Below, in pieces: positions 34,991 through 48,127 of a DNA stretch of 64,000 nt; positions within the stretch are counted from its first letter, which is position 1; the number at the start of each line of letters is the position of its first letter. A program made the position numbers and the translations under genes. This stretch comes from Okamejei kenojei (taxonomy: Eukaryota), in assembly GCA_035221665.1 (NCBI GenBank), contig CM069163.1, forward strand, positions 22,506,001 to 22,570,000, in the 5' to 3' direction. The notes under the pieces are model-generated. The model had not been told where the DNA came from, did not search any database, and saw only the letters and a program-made list of their open reading frames with translations.

Positions 34991-37189
34991 AAATGGCTAG
35001 AAGCCTCTTCCACTGAGTTACAAATAAGCATGGTATTTATACAGAAAATACAGCTACACACTCTGGGTGATCAACTACTTTTGATTTATTTATCACTGGG
35101 TCTCCTCATTCATTGCCTCATGAGAGTTTGAGATTGTTCAGTTGCTCCTTGCCTGTTTTGAGTGTTTATTCTGTGACCTACATCCTGTCCCCAGGCTAAA
35201 GTTTAAACTGCTTAGTGCCTATACTCCCCTGACTATTTTATGTCTGTGCTTTGTTAACATATTCAGTCTCTTCTTAGATTAATTGACTTATTGTCCTCCT
35301 TCAGCATACACAATGCATAGAGTCACGTGCCTTCATTCATTAAGCCTTAAAATTTTGTAACATGCAATTTTGACTTGGTTGAAAGCATGCTAGCAAAATG
35401 TCCAAGCTGAATCTAATTGTTTTTGAGTCTGAAAGAGTTTAACATTTTAAAGTAGAGAATAATTCAAATAGGCCGGCTTTCTCTTCCCAATTACAACCAA
35501 TCTGAAGAAGGGTTCTGTCCCGAAATAGCACCTATCCATTCCCTTCACAGATGCAGTCTGACCTGCTGAATTCCTCCAGCACTTTGTATGTTGTTGAATA
35601 ATTAAAATACATGCATTCCATCTAATCCATTCATTGAAAGATTGCAGTAACAATATGAATGGTATTGTAAATATGGATGCTCTAAAGCAGTACCTAAACA
35701 TAATCTAATAAAAATTGACACCATGTTCAAATAAAAATTAGATTGGCAACTAAAAGATGGATTAAGGAGTGTCTCAATGGAGAAGTTTGGAGAATAAGCA
35801 TGGGGTAAGGGTGGTTTGAACACAAGAATAAGAGTTGTATAATCATGATCTTCAATTTCCACAATTCATTGCAAGACAGTGGGAATGAATGATGCATGAA
35901 TGATATCTGCTGCAAAATTGGCTCTCTAAGTAATGTGGTTGAAATCTGGAAACTGCATTAAATTATTTTCCTTATGTAAGCAGAACCAGTGTTTGTTAGA
36001 ATGAATGCAACACATGCACTTTTAATTGATGCCTAATGTTGCTGCAGTTTCTAGGAGCAGCAGGTGCAGCAGCAGACCTCGCTGTAAATAAGGTGTACTG
36101 CATTTCAGACACAACAGTCTATCAGTTAATGGTCTGTACTCATTGGGAGCTCTCTGTTTCGAAAGACGATGTTTCTGGTCTGCACACATGTAACCTAAAC
36201 AGAAATCACATATCACAATTGGAAAAGGAAGTTGCAAGACAAAATTTGCAGTTGGTTTTCTCTGAACTTAGTATGAAGACACTGGCATTAATTCACGCGG
36301 TTAACATGCAGGGATTTTGCAGAGATAACATTGGCAACGTTGCTGTTTGGTAGACAATGTTTCACGCACATATAGCAGGTCTGGGATCACTGTGGCCAGG
36401 TAGTCCACAGGTTTTGTGCCAGACGTAAGATTTTGATCTTCAAACACCCTCTGTTCAGCTGACCAAAGTCTATAGTGGCATATTAAAGGCAATGGTGAAT
36501 TTCATCATTGATATATGTCTGCTTTTCCCTTGATATATGATCCATTTTTCCCTTGAACTTTTATTGTCAGAAAATTACATTTGTCAGCAAAGATACATTA
36601 GCAGAGGATGCTGTCCAGTGGACATTTGTGTACGTTGGTGATGACCTGGATTTCAACCTCTGAGCATGAGAAAACAGAAACATTGTCTGCCTACTGTAGC
36701 TTAACTGCATATTGTAACATAACTTAACTAAGATGACAGCATGGTTTTCTAGTATAATTACCATTAGTTAAATAGTTTTACATTAGTTGAGGAAATTAGC
36801 TCTATTCCACTGGAAAGTGTTTTATTTTTGGAGGTGTTACAACATTGAAGAAAGTGCTGGACAATAATAAATTCACATGTTCATAGTTCAAGTTGATGCA
36901 ACGTTATTTGCCGTTAGTCTTCTCTCACAATGATTCTGTAGGTTTGTGGCTTGCATGCAAACATAGGATGTCGGATTAATGTGGGTAGCGTAATTTGTGG
37001 AGTAATTTTCTGCATCAATGAATCCAAGGCAATAAGGAGATCAAAAGACCATGTAGAGTTTCTAGTGCTACTTCCAGTATTTCTCCAGGAGCTGGTGTGC
37101 ATTGAAGGTCCACTGAACCTTCAGGAGAGATGCAGCACTTCACTCATTGGGAGGAGGCAGAGGAGAATGTCCCTGACAGTGACTTCTGC

Positions 37190-38625
37190 TGTAGAAGACA
37201 GGATTTCAGCAAAGCATTCGACAAGGTTCCACATGGTAGGCTGCTCTGGAAGGTTAGATCACATGGGATCCTAGGAGATTATAGCTGAATAGATAGAAAA
37301 TTGGCTTCATGGAAGGAAGCAGAGGGTGATGGTGGAAGGTTGATTCTCGTTGCCTCGGGGTTTGGTGCTGAGCCCATTGCAGTTTGTGATCTATATTGAA
37401 GATAGACAAAAAATGTTGGAGTAAATCAACAGGACAGGCAGCATCTCTGCAGAGAAGGAATGGGTAACGTTTTGGGTCGACTGGTCAGAGAACTAGGAAG
37501 AGTTAGGGATGGAGAGAGGGGGAAAGCAAGGGTTACCTGAAGTTAGAGAAGTCGATGTTCATACCGCTGGGGTGTAAGCTGCACAAGCAAAATATGAGGT
37601 GCTGTTCCTCCAATTTGTGCTGGGCCTCACTCTGACAATGGAGGAAGCCCAGGACAGAAAGGTCATTGTGGGAATGGGAGGGGGAGTTAAAGTGTTTAGC
37701 AACCAGGAGATCAGGTAGGTTTAGGCGGATGAGCGGAGGTGTTCAGTGAAACGATCGCCGAGCCTGCGCTTGGTCTCGCCCGTTTCACCATCCCTCCTCC
37801 TTCCCAGTTCTCCGACCAGTTTTACTCTCACCTACTACATTTTATCTCTATTTGCTTTGTTGTTACATTCTCCCAGCTAACTGATCTATTCTACATTTTC
37901 CTTGATTTCCATTCCATTTGTCCTGTGTCACAACATACTTCCTTTTCTATGTATCTCCCTCTCTCCTGACAGCGGTCTGAGGAAGGGTCTCGACCCAAAA
38001 CGTCACCCATTCCTTCTCTCTAGAGATGCTGCCTGTCCCGCTAAATCCAGCAATCTGTGTCTATCTTAGGTTTAAACCAGCATCTGCAATTCCTTCCTAC
38101 ATGTCTTCTCCAAGACGTTGATGGAACTGTATTCAGAGTATTGTGTCCAGTTCTGGGCACCATGGTATTCGAAAGATGATGTTTAAGTTGGAAAGGTGCA
38201 GAGAAGATTTACAAAGATGTTGCCAGGACTCAAGGATCTGAGCTATAGGGAGATGTTGAGCAGGCTCTATTCCCTGGAGCACAGGAGGATGAGGGGTGAT
38301 CTTGTAGAGGTGTATAAAATCATGAGAGCAATAGATCGGGCAGACGCACAGAGTCTCTTGCCCAAAGTAAGGGAATCGAGAACCAGAGGGCATAGGTTTA
38401 AGGTGAAAGGGGAAACATTTTAAAGGAACCTGAGGGATAACCTTTTCACACAAAGGGTGGTTCGTGTATGGAATGAGCTACTGAAGGTGGGAATTGAGGT
38501 AGGGACTAACGTAACATTTAAGAAGCAATTAGACAGTTAGGGCGGGGCTGGAGGGATATTGGCCAAATGCAGGCCAGAGAGTCTAGTGTAGATGGGACAT
38601 GTTGGTCTGTGGGCAAGTTGGGCGG
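37190..38625 (+). mobile_element. CR1 LINE fragment interrupted by a PLE insertion
   Basis: DFSKAFDKVPH-like segment at 37200; 3' part (QRRFTKMLPGL...SRTRGHRFKV) at 38130-38620. Confidence 0.8.
37400..38103. mobile_element. Penelope-like element derivative with inverted terminal repeats and a GIY-YIG endonuclease C-terminal fragment
   Basis: The - strand reads GETKRRLGDRFTEHLRS / PDLLVAKHFNSPSHS...KLEEQHLIF...HPSGMNIDFSNFR-stop; arms 37400-37480 and 37977-38065 are inverted. Confidence 0.85.
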
Positions 38626-38627
38626 AA

Positions 38628-39355
38628 AAAGCATAGAAAATAGGTGCAGGAGTAGGCCATTCATGGCCTTCGAGCCAGCACCACCATTCAACATGATCAT
38701 GGCTGATCATCCAAAATCAGTACCCCATTCCTGCTTTCTCCTAATATCCCTTGATTCTGTTAGCCCTAAGAGCTATATCTAACTCCTGAAAACATCCAGT
38801 GAATTTTGTGGCAGAGAATTCCATAGATTCATAACTCTCTGGGTGAAAAGGTTTTTCCTCATTTCAGTCCTAATTTGTCTACCCCCTATCGTTAAACTAC
38901 AACCCCTGGTTCTGGACTCCCCAAACATTGGGAAAAAATTTGCTGCATCTAGCCTGTCTAAGCCCTTAAGACTCGTATATGTTTCTATATGATCCCTTCT
39001 CGTCCTTCTAAATTCCAGTGAATACAAACCCAGTCGATCGATTCCTTCATCATATGTCAGTCCAGCCATCCCGGGAATTAACCTGGTGAACCTACGCTGC
39101 ACTCCCTCAATAGCAAGAATGTCCTTTCTCCAATGTGGAGACCAAAACTGCACACAACACTCCAGGTATGGTCTCACCAGGGCCCTGTACAACTGCAGTC
39201 GGACCTCCTTGCTCTTATACTCAAATCTTCTCGCTATGAAGGCCAACATGCCATTTGCTTTCTTCCCTGCCTGCTGTACCGCCATTCTTACTTTCAGTGA
39301 CTGATCTACAAGGATACCCAGGTCTCGTTGCACATCTCCTTTTCCTTCACCATTA
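38628..39355 (-). mobile_element. CR1 LINE 3' fragment nested in another CR1 tail
   Basis: ORF 38779..39375 (RDLGILVD...LYRALVRPYLECCVQFWSP...QRVMNLWNSLP). Confidence 0.9.
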
Positions 39356-39544
39356 GGAAGGGCCTGTTTCCACATAGTATCGCTATGACTCTCTAAGACA
39401 GTAAAACGTCTATGTAGTTAGCACAGTTGAACGTGTCTCCTATCTTGAATACATTATATGATTATATGAATACAGCATCTTTGGGATACCCCTTCTTAAC
39501 CTGCCAGAAGAAGTAGTTGAGGTAGATACAAGTAGTTGAGGTGA

Positions 39545-41231
39545 ATGAGGAGTGGCGGCGGCTGCTGACCCACGCCTGGTGCTGGAGCTGGAGTGAGGGC
39601 CGAGCCCGGGGCTTGCAATGGGGTCATGCCCGGGGCCGAGAAAGAAGCTGTCGCTGGATCCAAGGACGAGTCAGGAACGCGCCCGGAGATTAAGCGGCGG
39701 CCGAGCTGACAGCTGGAGTCGACAGCCAGGGCCAGGCCGAGTACCAGGCCTGGGTAGATCCTAGGGAATGGGAAGAGGATGAGGGAAATGAGGAGGAGGG
39801 AGATGAGTGGGGTGGTAGAGGGAGATTTGGGGGGGGGGGGGTGGAAAAGGGAGATGACCCCTCCCTATCTACGCTCACTCCCACCCTCTACCCCTCCCTT
39901 GCCCCATCCCTCTACCCTCCCTCCCCCCCACTCTACCCCCTCGCTCTCTCTCTAACCCCCTCTCTCTCTACACCCCTCCCTCTCTATCCCCCTCCCTTTC
40001 TGCCCCTCTCCTTCCCTCTCTACCACCCCTCCCTCTCTACCACCCCTTCCTCCCTACCACCCCTCCCTCTAGGGATTGTAGAGGTGATGGTGAAGAGGAG
40101 TGCTGGGGGATGAGGAGAAATGAGCCGCGCATGCGCAGTTGCGGGCTATGCGTGAGTGGTGGAATATTGCCTTGGGGGAACGGTTGAATGGTGGAATCTT
40201 GCATTGGGGGAGCAGACCCAACAGGTCTGCAACTTGGTCTAGTATATAATACTAAAAGTCTTTGTCTTGTTTGTGCCCACGATGTGTCAATCTGCTTTTC
40301 CTATCTTCTTCCAAACGCTAGGCCACAGCCTTCCCATTTTCACATATCCTATTCACATGTTTCCCATCGTGATGATAAATATCTTTCTGTCGCATTCCCA
40401 CCTATATTTCCAAAGTTATTAATCCTTGAAATTTTAAAAACAGCCCAATTTCTTCAAACTCACCCACTTTGGGGGGAAAAAAATCCAAGTGACCTCACAA
40501 TGCACTCGCAAGGCAGGATGGGATACTCAGGGAGGGAGGGGTGCTCCAGTGAACGAGGAGTGACGGTGGCTGCCGATGCCCGCCCGGTACCTGGCGGGGA
40601 GGATGGTGACGGGGGCGAGCCCGTTGAACTGGGCCTGGGCTGGAGCCGAGCCTGGGGCTTGAGCTGGAGTGAGGGCCGAGCCCGGGGCTTGGGATGGGAC
40701 CGAGAAAGAAGCCGCCGCCGGAACCAAGGAAGAGCCTGGGAAATTACGTCGGAGCCTGGACTGGAGCCCAGGCGGCGGCCGAGGTGACAGCTGGAGTCTA
40801 CAGCCATGGCCGGGCTGAGTACGAGAACCAGGCCGAGTTCCAGGCCCTGGCGTTGTTCTATGCCCTGGGTAGGTGATGGGGCAGGAAATGGGAGTGAGGG
40901 GAGGAGAATGAGGGAAATGAGGAGGAGGGTGATGGGGTGGGGAATGGGGTGGTAGAGGGGGGGGGTCACTCCCACTCTCTACCCCCTCCCTCTCCTTCTT
41001 CTCTACCTTCCTTCACTCTCACTCTAACCCCCTCCTCTCTCTCTCTCTCTCTCTACCCTCTCTCTCTCTCTCTCTCTCTCTCCCCCTCCCCCCCTCTACC
41101 CCCTCCCTCTCTCTCTCTACCCCCTCCCCCCCTCTCTCTCTCTTTCTACCCCCTCTCTCTCTCTCTCTACACCCTCTCTCTCTCTACCCCCCCTCCCTCT
41201 CTCTCTACCAACGGGTCTGCAATGGGTCTAG
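39545..41231 (+). mobile_element. Tandem non-autonomous Helitron-like element with GC-rich and (CT)n-rich internal blocks
   Basis: Two diverged units. Unit 1 ends with hairpin GCAGACC-caaca-GGTCTGC (40212-40230) plus CTAG|T (40239-40243); unit 2 ends GGGTCTGCAATGGGTCTAG|T (41228-41232). No TSD; interrupts a CR1 tail. Confidence 0.65.
40970..41208 (+). repeat. CT/C-rich low-complexity tract; a similar tract lies at 39858-40070
   Basis: (CT)n and ctctaccccc repeats. Confidence 0.9.
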
Positions 41232-43204
41232 TAATATTTAAAATACAATTGGAAGGGTACATGGATAAGACAGGTTTAAAGGGATGTGGGCCAAAGACAA
41301 GCAAATGGGATTAGTTTATATGGGGCACCTTGGTTGGCATGGATGTGTAGCGATGAAGGGCCAGTTTCCGTACTGTATGACTTTACATCATGTGAGATTG
41401 TGGATCTGTGAACAGAAGCCTTTGTTGTCAATTTTTAAGCCTTAAATGATCTTGTTAACATTTTGCCGATTGGGAGTGGCAGCACTATTGGATCATAACG
41501 GCTGTGGTGGGGTGTATCATAGAAACTTGCTTTAAGAAAACGTGGCTGGGGAGGTTGAATTAGATTTGTGGCTGTAAAGCATCTTGAAAGCTTCTCAGGC
41601 ATGGTTGGTTTGCATTTCATTGACTCTCTAGTGTAAGTGAATGCACCAAAAATACAGGACTTTTTCTTGTACCACCAAGCGACGATTTTTTGTGATTACT
41701 ATTTAATTCCCTGTACATTTTAGATTTAGGACTGTCTTTTAACAGATTAAAGGATAGTTTTATGAATTGCTAGATGTTAAGGTTCCCCTATTGGATAAGC
41801 AATTGCTGTGGTCTTAAAATCTATAGCCTCCAAATGACATTCCCTTCAGTTTACATTCTTTTATTAAAGTGCCTGGTCTGTTTTCTTACTTTATGATTTG
41901 TGCAAAGGTTTTTAATGTTTTGTATGCATATATGATCTTTCCAAAGTACTCCTTGATAGGTTAAAGAAAAAATGAACATTGACCATTCACAACATTGACC
42001 ATTGACAATAGCTGGCCAATAGAGAATTGGAAATGCAAGAAAAGCGTGGGTTAGTTTATACACACCAAATTTACAGAAGCATCACTTTTACTGTTGACCT
42101 GATAATCTATTTCAGTGTTGATAGATTAAGGTTGACCAGAAGCTGTGGAGCACATTACTCTCTCTAAAAATAATAACACAGGGAATTTTGAATGTTAACG
42201 TCCCATCCAAAAGCTGACGTCTCGAACAGCAAAATTATTGGCCAGTGCCCATGTGGCATGATGTTTTTGTGACTGTGAGTGGGATTTCAAACTACTACAA
42301 ACTAAATTATACTTCAGAGTACTACCCATGAAGTTACAGTTCGTTTTTACAACAATTTTATAGCAAGTGATACAATAAGAATCACAAGGCACAGAAACGC
42401 AGCTTGCAAATTCAATTTGCAAGCAATTGCTCTGTGACGTTTAACAATGTTTAACAAGTGTAAAACAATTCTGATTATGGCCTCTGTTAGGGAATTAATT
42501 GCTATTCCTGTGTCCCATGTTGGGGGGTCAGGGATTTGACTAGTAATGGCACCAATAGTAAATTAAAAAATATTAATTCAAAGCTTACAATGATACGTTT
42601 CAAAAGTTTGATGCACTAGCTCTAAGAATCAGTACTTTAAGCCTTTGGATTGGAGGACTCTGATGATTTGTAAATCTGATAATAGGTAAATCTAAATAGG
42701 AAATCTGATGTTGAAGGGTGCATTTGTGAAGATATTTTTTGTCGCAGTGTTTTCAATAGTGGAATGATGTGGGAACATTTCCATTCTTAATTTCAGGAAA
42801 CACATTTGTTCCATAAAAATGTTGACTTTTGCACTCAATTAACCAAAAAAATGATTCTGACAACTTCACATGTGCACATGCCTGGCTTGATTTATACCAG
42901 TCGTGCTGTCAGGCTGTAATAGGAACTTACAGTGCAGTGATCATTTAAATGAATGTTTTAACAAGGGAAAAGTGTCCCAATAGAGAATTGGAATTACAGA
43001 TCGGGTATTAATTAGTATATCGACAGATGGTTGTGTAACACAATCCTTCAATGAATTGCCTCCACTCATTAAGAATTAAAATTGCTGGTGTCACTTATTG
43101 TGTATCAGAAAACTATGATCTATTACATTTTGACTTTAATCCTCAAATAATTGTGCCTGTTGGGAAAATATTTGTTTTTTATATGTTGATCATTTTCTTT
43201 GTAG

Positions 43205-43383
43205 GGCTATGCAGCAACAGGCACAAACGTTTCATCCACGCCATCCTCTCCAACAGCCGCGGCACCAACTTCAGCGGCAGCAGAAGCAAATGCCTCAGCT
43301 AAACTTGCATCCGTCCAGTCAAACTTCACTCATTAATTCTAATCCTATGCTACAGCGTACCCTGATAATGCAACAGATGTCAG
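43205..43383 (+). CDS. CIZ1: CIZ1 coding exon 2: AMQQQAQTFHPRHPLQQPRHQLQRQQKQMPQLNLHPSSQTSLINSNPMLQRTLIMQQMS
   Basis: ctttgtag acceptor, G|gtggga donor; resembles human LLNGSMLQRALLLQQLQ. Confidence 0.9.
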
Positions 43384-43726
43384 GTGGGATCACACTGTTG
43401 AAAGTTATTAGCAAGAATACAATGACTGAGACCATAGATTAAATTGCTATTTTAATATTGTTGTAACTTATGAAATGTTCACCTCTTGGTAAAATTTTGA
43501 ACTTTTTCTAAGGTTTACTGGTGATATTTTAATTGAAAAAATGAAATCATTTAAAATAGTTTGGATAATGAGTGCAGTCGTCCTTTAATAAGTTTGTTAG
43601 CATTTTATCAATATTGTGTGAGTGCGGTATAATTTTTCGTGGCTGAATTGAAAACATGAATTAAAAATACATTCTGTTCCAATAAAATACACACAGATGG
43701 AGTTCAGTAACTTTTCCGAAGCATTA

Positions 43727-44265
43727 AGGGGCTGTCCCACTTTGGCCACCTAATTGGCGTGTTTAGAAGAGTTTAGGATAGTTTGAAAAAATGTCATGTT
43801 GAAGATCTCCTTCGACTATGTAGAAGACCTCCTTCGACCTCCTTGAACTATTTTGAAGACTAGCTACGACTTGCTTCGGGAAAATTGGACACCAAATAGT
43901 GCAGAGTGACGACGACCTCCTTCGACCTCCCTTCGACTATGATGAAGACTATCTACGACTACTTTCGACTATCCTCGATTACCTACGCCTAACATGCCGA
44001 CCTACTGCAGAGATGACTAAACCTACGAGTAAAAAAAGTGGCGATTTTTTTCCATGGCGACCTTTTTTTACTCACGGGCATTTTTCAACATGTTGAAAAA
44101 TACGCCACAACCTAGCTGAGGCCTCGAGTACGCGGGGACTACTCTCGAGCATGAAGGAGAGTAACAAAGACCTCCTACGACCTCGTGTCGACCATGCTGC
44201 GAGTTTGAGTCGAGGGCAAACTCGCCAGAACTCGGGGATTAGGTCGCCCAAGTGGGGCAGCCACT
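43727..44265. mobile_element. PIF/Harbinger-type MITE
   Basis: TIRs AGGGGCTGTCCCACTTTGGCCACCTAAT and ATTAGGTCGCCCAAGTGGGGCAGCCACT; TTA TSD on both sides; internal CTTCGAC/GACTA short repeats. Confidence 0.85.
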
Positions 44266-44699
44266 TTAGCTTATCTAAACAAAAGGTGTATTTGGTAGCT
44301 ATAGCGATTAGAGTAATTGATTATTTGCCAAATGAACTCAGTTTAAATCTTAGCGACAGTAATTGGATTTTAGATTTAATCTTTTGTGGTTTGGCAATTC
44401 TCAACTTTTGTGTACAACATTGAAGTATTCTTGCAGCTGGCGATCTGTAATGTTATAATAATCTACAACAAATTTGTTTTTAATATATGTAATCATATTG
44501 AACTGTGTCTTGTAAATAATTCTGACGATTACTCTAGGTCAATTTAAATTTAACAGCATTTTTATTTATTTTACCTACTATATATGAATGAACATGAACC
44601 GTCTAACTTTAATTAGATTCTGTAGGAAAGTGATCCTGTTAGATCCTGAAATATACCTGTTTTGAATTTGCAGCTACTTTCCCTTCACATCACTAGAGA

Positions 44700-44985
44700 T
44701 GTCACTCAGAATGAAAGGACGTTATTTTTGGAAGAAGATGAGGGGAAATGTCTTTAGTCAGAGAGTGATGAATCTGGGGAATACTTTGCCACAGAAGGCT
44801 GTGGCGGCCAAGACTGGATATTTTTTATGGCAGAGATATATAGATTCTTGATTAGTACAAGTTTCAGAGGTTATGGGGAGAAGCAGAAGAATGGGGTTCG
44901 AAGGAAGAGATAGATCAGCCATGATTGAATGGCGAAGTAGACTTGATGGGCCAATGGCCTAATTCTACTCCGATCCTTTATGACA
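44700..44985 (+). mobile_element. CR1 LINE 3' end
   Basis: ...GTCAGAGAGTGATGAATCTG...GATCAGCCATGATTGAATGGCG...GGCCTAATTCTACTCC. Confidence 0.8.
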
Positions 44986-45312
44986 CTTAACATAGCTTAA
45001 CATCCTCCCCAGATTGTCATGGTCAGGGATAATATGCTACATACTTGTTTAATTGTGATTTTTTTGGGGTATTGTATTTGCAGTGTGATGTCTGATTTAT
45101 GATGGGCTACTAAAAAGCTTTCAGAGATGGTGATGATTTGCCTTGTGTACATAAGTTTATAATGGGGATTATTTAAATTGGACAATCCAATGAGAAACAT
45201 TTTCACAGTGAAACAGTTCTAAATACTGAAAGTAAACATTGTTTTGAGGTGACTCCATATTGCTAATACATCGTATTTTCTAAATGTCTGATTCTCACGT
45301 CCAATTTTATAG

Positions 45313-45479
45313 GTGGTCTTCCTGGATACAGCATGCCTACACCAGGCCTACAGCCCTTCTTCCCACCAGGATCCAGAGCATCAATTCTTGGCACCCCTCC
45401 TGTTGGCATCCAACTGCAGACTCCTCGCATCAGATTTGGGAACCATCCCTTCCATCCGCATCTTCGCGGATTCAATAAA
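45313..45479 (+). CDS. CIZ1: CIZ1 coding exon 3: GGLPGYSMPTPGLQPFFPPGSRASILGTPPVGIQLQTPRIRFGNHPFHPHLRGFNK
   Basis: ttttatag acceptor, AAA|gtaagg donor; resembles human NLQQFFPQATRQSLLGPPPVGV. Confidence 0.9.
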
Positions 45480-47120
45480 GTAAGGGGAAGCCTCATTATA
45501 ACAGAGTGAATCGTTTTTTATGAAACAATTGATGCAGGGCGGATATGTTTAAATATTATGTAAATCCAGGCAAATCGCAATAGTAGTGTCTGGTTTTCAA
45601 TTGCATAGGTGAAATATCCAATCAAATGTTTAAAAAAAAAACTTATTTGGATATTTTTTGACTAAAAAGAGTACTCTCCACAGCTAGGTTAATGTGAGCC
45701 ACTAGAATGCATTCAGTTAAAAGTAGTTAGTGTGAGAAATGAACTAAAATAAAGAAACATAAACTGTAGTTCCATTTCAATGACTTGCCTGGTATTCCCA
45801 GATGATACTGGATTCTCTAAGATGAAGGCCTGGATGAAAGACTATTGGGCTCTCTTGCCTCCATATGGTGGAGGATCTCTGCGACAATGGTTTCCAAACA
45901 TGCCTTGTTTTTAACCAGTTAACAGCGCAAAGGTAATGTTTGCAGAGAATGCCCTCACCTCGAATCCTCCGCAAATACTTAATTGCATCTTCAATGTACT
46001 GGATTTAAATCCTGGATCTGTGTATTTTACAATATTGTGAGAGTCCATATGAACTACCATGATTATGAAAGGAGGTTAGCCATCTCCTCCTCAAGGGCAC
46101 TTAAATATACTTTGAAATCGTATCATTGTTTTTCAATGAGCATGAGCATGAAATATAAACTGAAAATACTGACAAAAATCAGCAGATCCGGCAGTGCTTG
46201 TGGAAAGAGACACAGTTCATGTTTCAGATTGAAGACCCTTCAACAGAACTGAGAAAGGGGGAAAACAAATTAGTCAAAGTAGCAGAGAAGGTGGGGAAGG
46301 ACAAATGGTAGAACAAATGGAATGTCCATAACAGGGTGAAATGAGGGTGGTTTATGGTGATTTTTGTTTTTAAAAAAAGCACAGTAATCTGACAAAATAA
46401 TGATTGTATACTCGATTAAAATAAAGGGAAAAAATGTTCACAGAGTTTCTGCTGCTTGTGAGACCTTAGTTTTTGCATTCTGGCAGAATATTTTGTGACT
46501 CTCCTCAGAATTTATTTTAAAGCATTAATTGGACAGAGGGCAGAAAATGTGGAGGCTGGGTTTGGCTCAATTGGACGGAATTTACATCAAGACCACAGTT
46601 AACAGTAGTTTACACAGGCACAATTCAGAACATTACAACAATTTCATGCATTCAGAACAAAGAGACACGGTCAGACATTTTGTTCACTGGTAATGAAAAG
46701 TAAAATAAAAACGGAAGTGCTAAAAATATGAGTTGAAAATATATGAAGGAAACTCATTGATGTAAAATCACTCTAGCTCACCACAATCACTTTTGCTCTA
46801 CCCAGAAGCTATCTGATTTGAATATTTGCAATAATTGGTATTTTTATTGCTATCACTCAGAAATTACTATTAAAAGCAACATCCCAAAGTTAATTGACGG
46901 CTGTATTGGCCCTGGCGTGTAAGTGAATGTTAGAATCTGGAATTGATGGGAATGCAGGAAAAGTAAAATGGGATTAGTGTCAGTGGGTGCTTATTGGTCA
47001 GCAAGAAGCACGACAGGCCAAAGGACTATTTTGGTGCTGTGACTATTACGATAACTGAAGAACTATTAGTCATTGCTTTAAAGACGGGGGTTAATGAATT
47101 GGAAAGCAAACAACATATTT

Positions 47121-47410
47121 AGTTTTAATTTTAGAGATACAGTGCGGAAACAGGCCCACCGAGTCCGTACTGACCAGCGCTCTCCGCACATTAACATTGC
47201 CCTACTAGGGACAATTTAACATTTAAAACTACAAACCTGTACATCTTTGGAGTGTGGGAGGAAACCGAAGATCTCAGAGAAAACCCACATGGTCACATGG
47301 AGACTACAAACTGCATACGGACAGCATCCGTCGTTGGGATCAAATCTGGGTCTCCCACTGAAAGCGCTGTAAGGCATCAACTCTACTGCTGTGCCACTGT
47401 GCCACCCCAT
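47121..47410 (-). mobile_element. HE1-like V-SINE
   Basis: Same family as the other copies. Confidence 0.8.
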
Positions 47411-47669
47411 ATGTATTCACAATTCACATATGTAGTGTGAATTCACTTAAGAATATGGATTTTCAGGAAATTGGGTACCTCTTTAAACGTTTGTTTTCTT
47501 AGTCTGCTTATCAGGATCAGGTATGTATCATGGATAATGCAGCTAATAATGAATATGTATGTACACCTTCACTACAGCTTCTTGGATAACGTTCCAATCT
47601 GATGCCTAAGCCCATATTTAATGTCTAGTGCATAATTTCCCACTGAAAGCAAAATGTTCTGACTTGCAG

Positions 47670-47775
47670 GATATTAAGAGAATGCAAGACATGAGAAATC
47701 GTTATTCTCCAAGGGAGCCATTCAGGGCAAAAGCGAATAATAACAAGACAACGCCTGGAGCAAAGGTGACAACAG
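47670..47775 (+). CDS. CIZ1: CIZ1 coding exon 4 (poorly conserved): DIKRMQDMRNRYSPREPFRAKANNNKTTPGAKVTT
   Basis: cttgcag acceptor, G|gtactg donor; open frame and phase 0 to 1 bridges the flanking exons; little recognisable homology. Confidence 0.65.
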
Positions 47776-48127
47776 GTACTGATTATGCAAAAGAAATTGT
47801 GTTAACACAGACATACACCGAATCCTTAAAATAAACTGCAGAATAAAAAGGGGAACATCAACCATTTATGCTCCATCCTTACATAGATGTTTTAGATTTC
47901 AGATGTAGAACGCAATGGATCAGTATTCTTTTTACAATAGATAAACAAAGCATTGTTCATTTGTGTCATGCAGGAGATTGCATGGTTAGTGAATGGGGTA
48001 GGTTTGTAGAAATTGCATCAAGGTGGAATAGAATAGATTGGATGAGCCAGCCAACCAGTTAACTTTTATCCTTTGTGTCACATAACACCAATGTTGAGCT
48101 AATCTCATATTTATAGAAAGATGCTTT

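Noticed and set aside
40188-41314. 199-, 171- and 125-aa ORFs
   Set aside because: Translate GC-rich and (CT)n low-complexity parts of the Helitron-like repeat.
43800-44030. Short regularly spaced repeats reminiscent of a CRISPR array
   Set aside because: Eukaryotic context; irregular units without unique spacers; enclosed by Harbinger-type TIRs and TSD.
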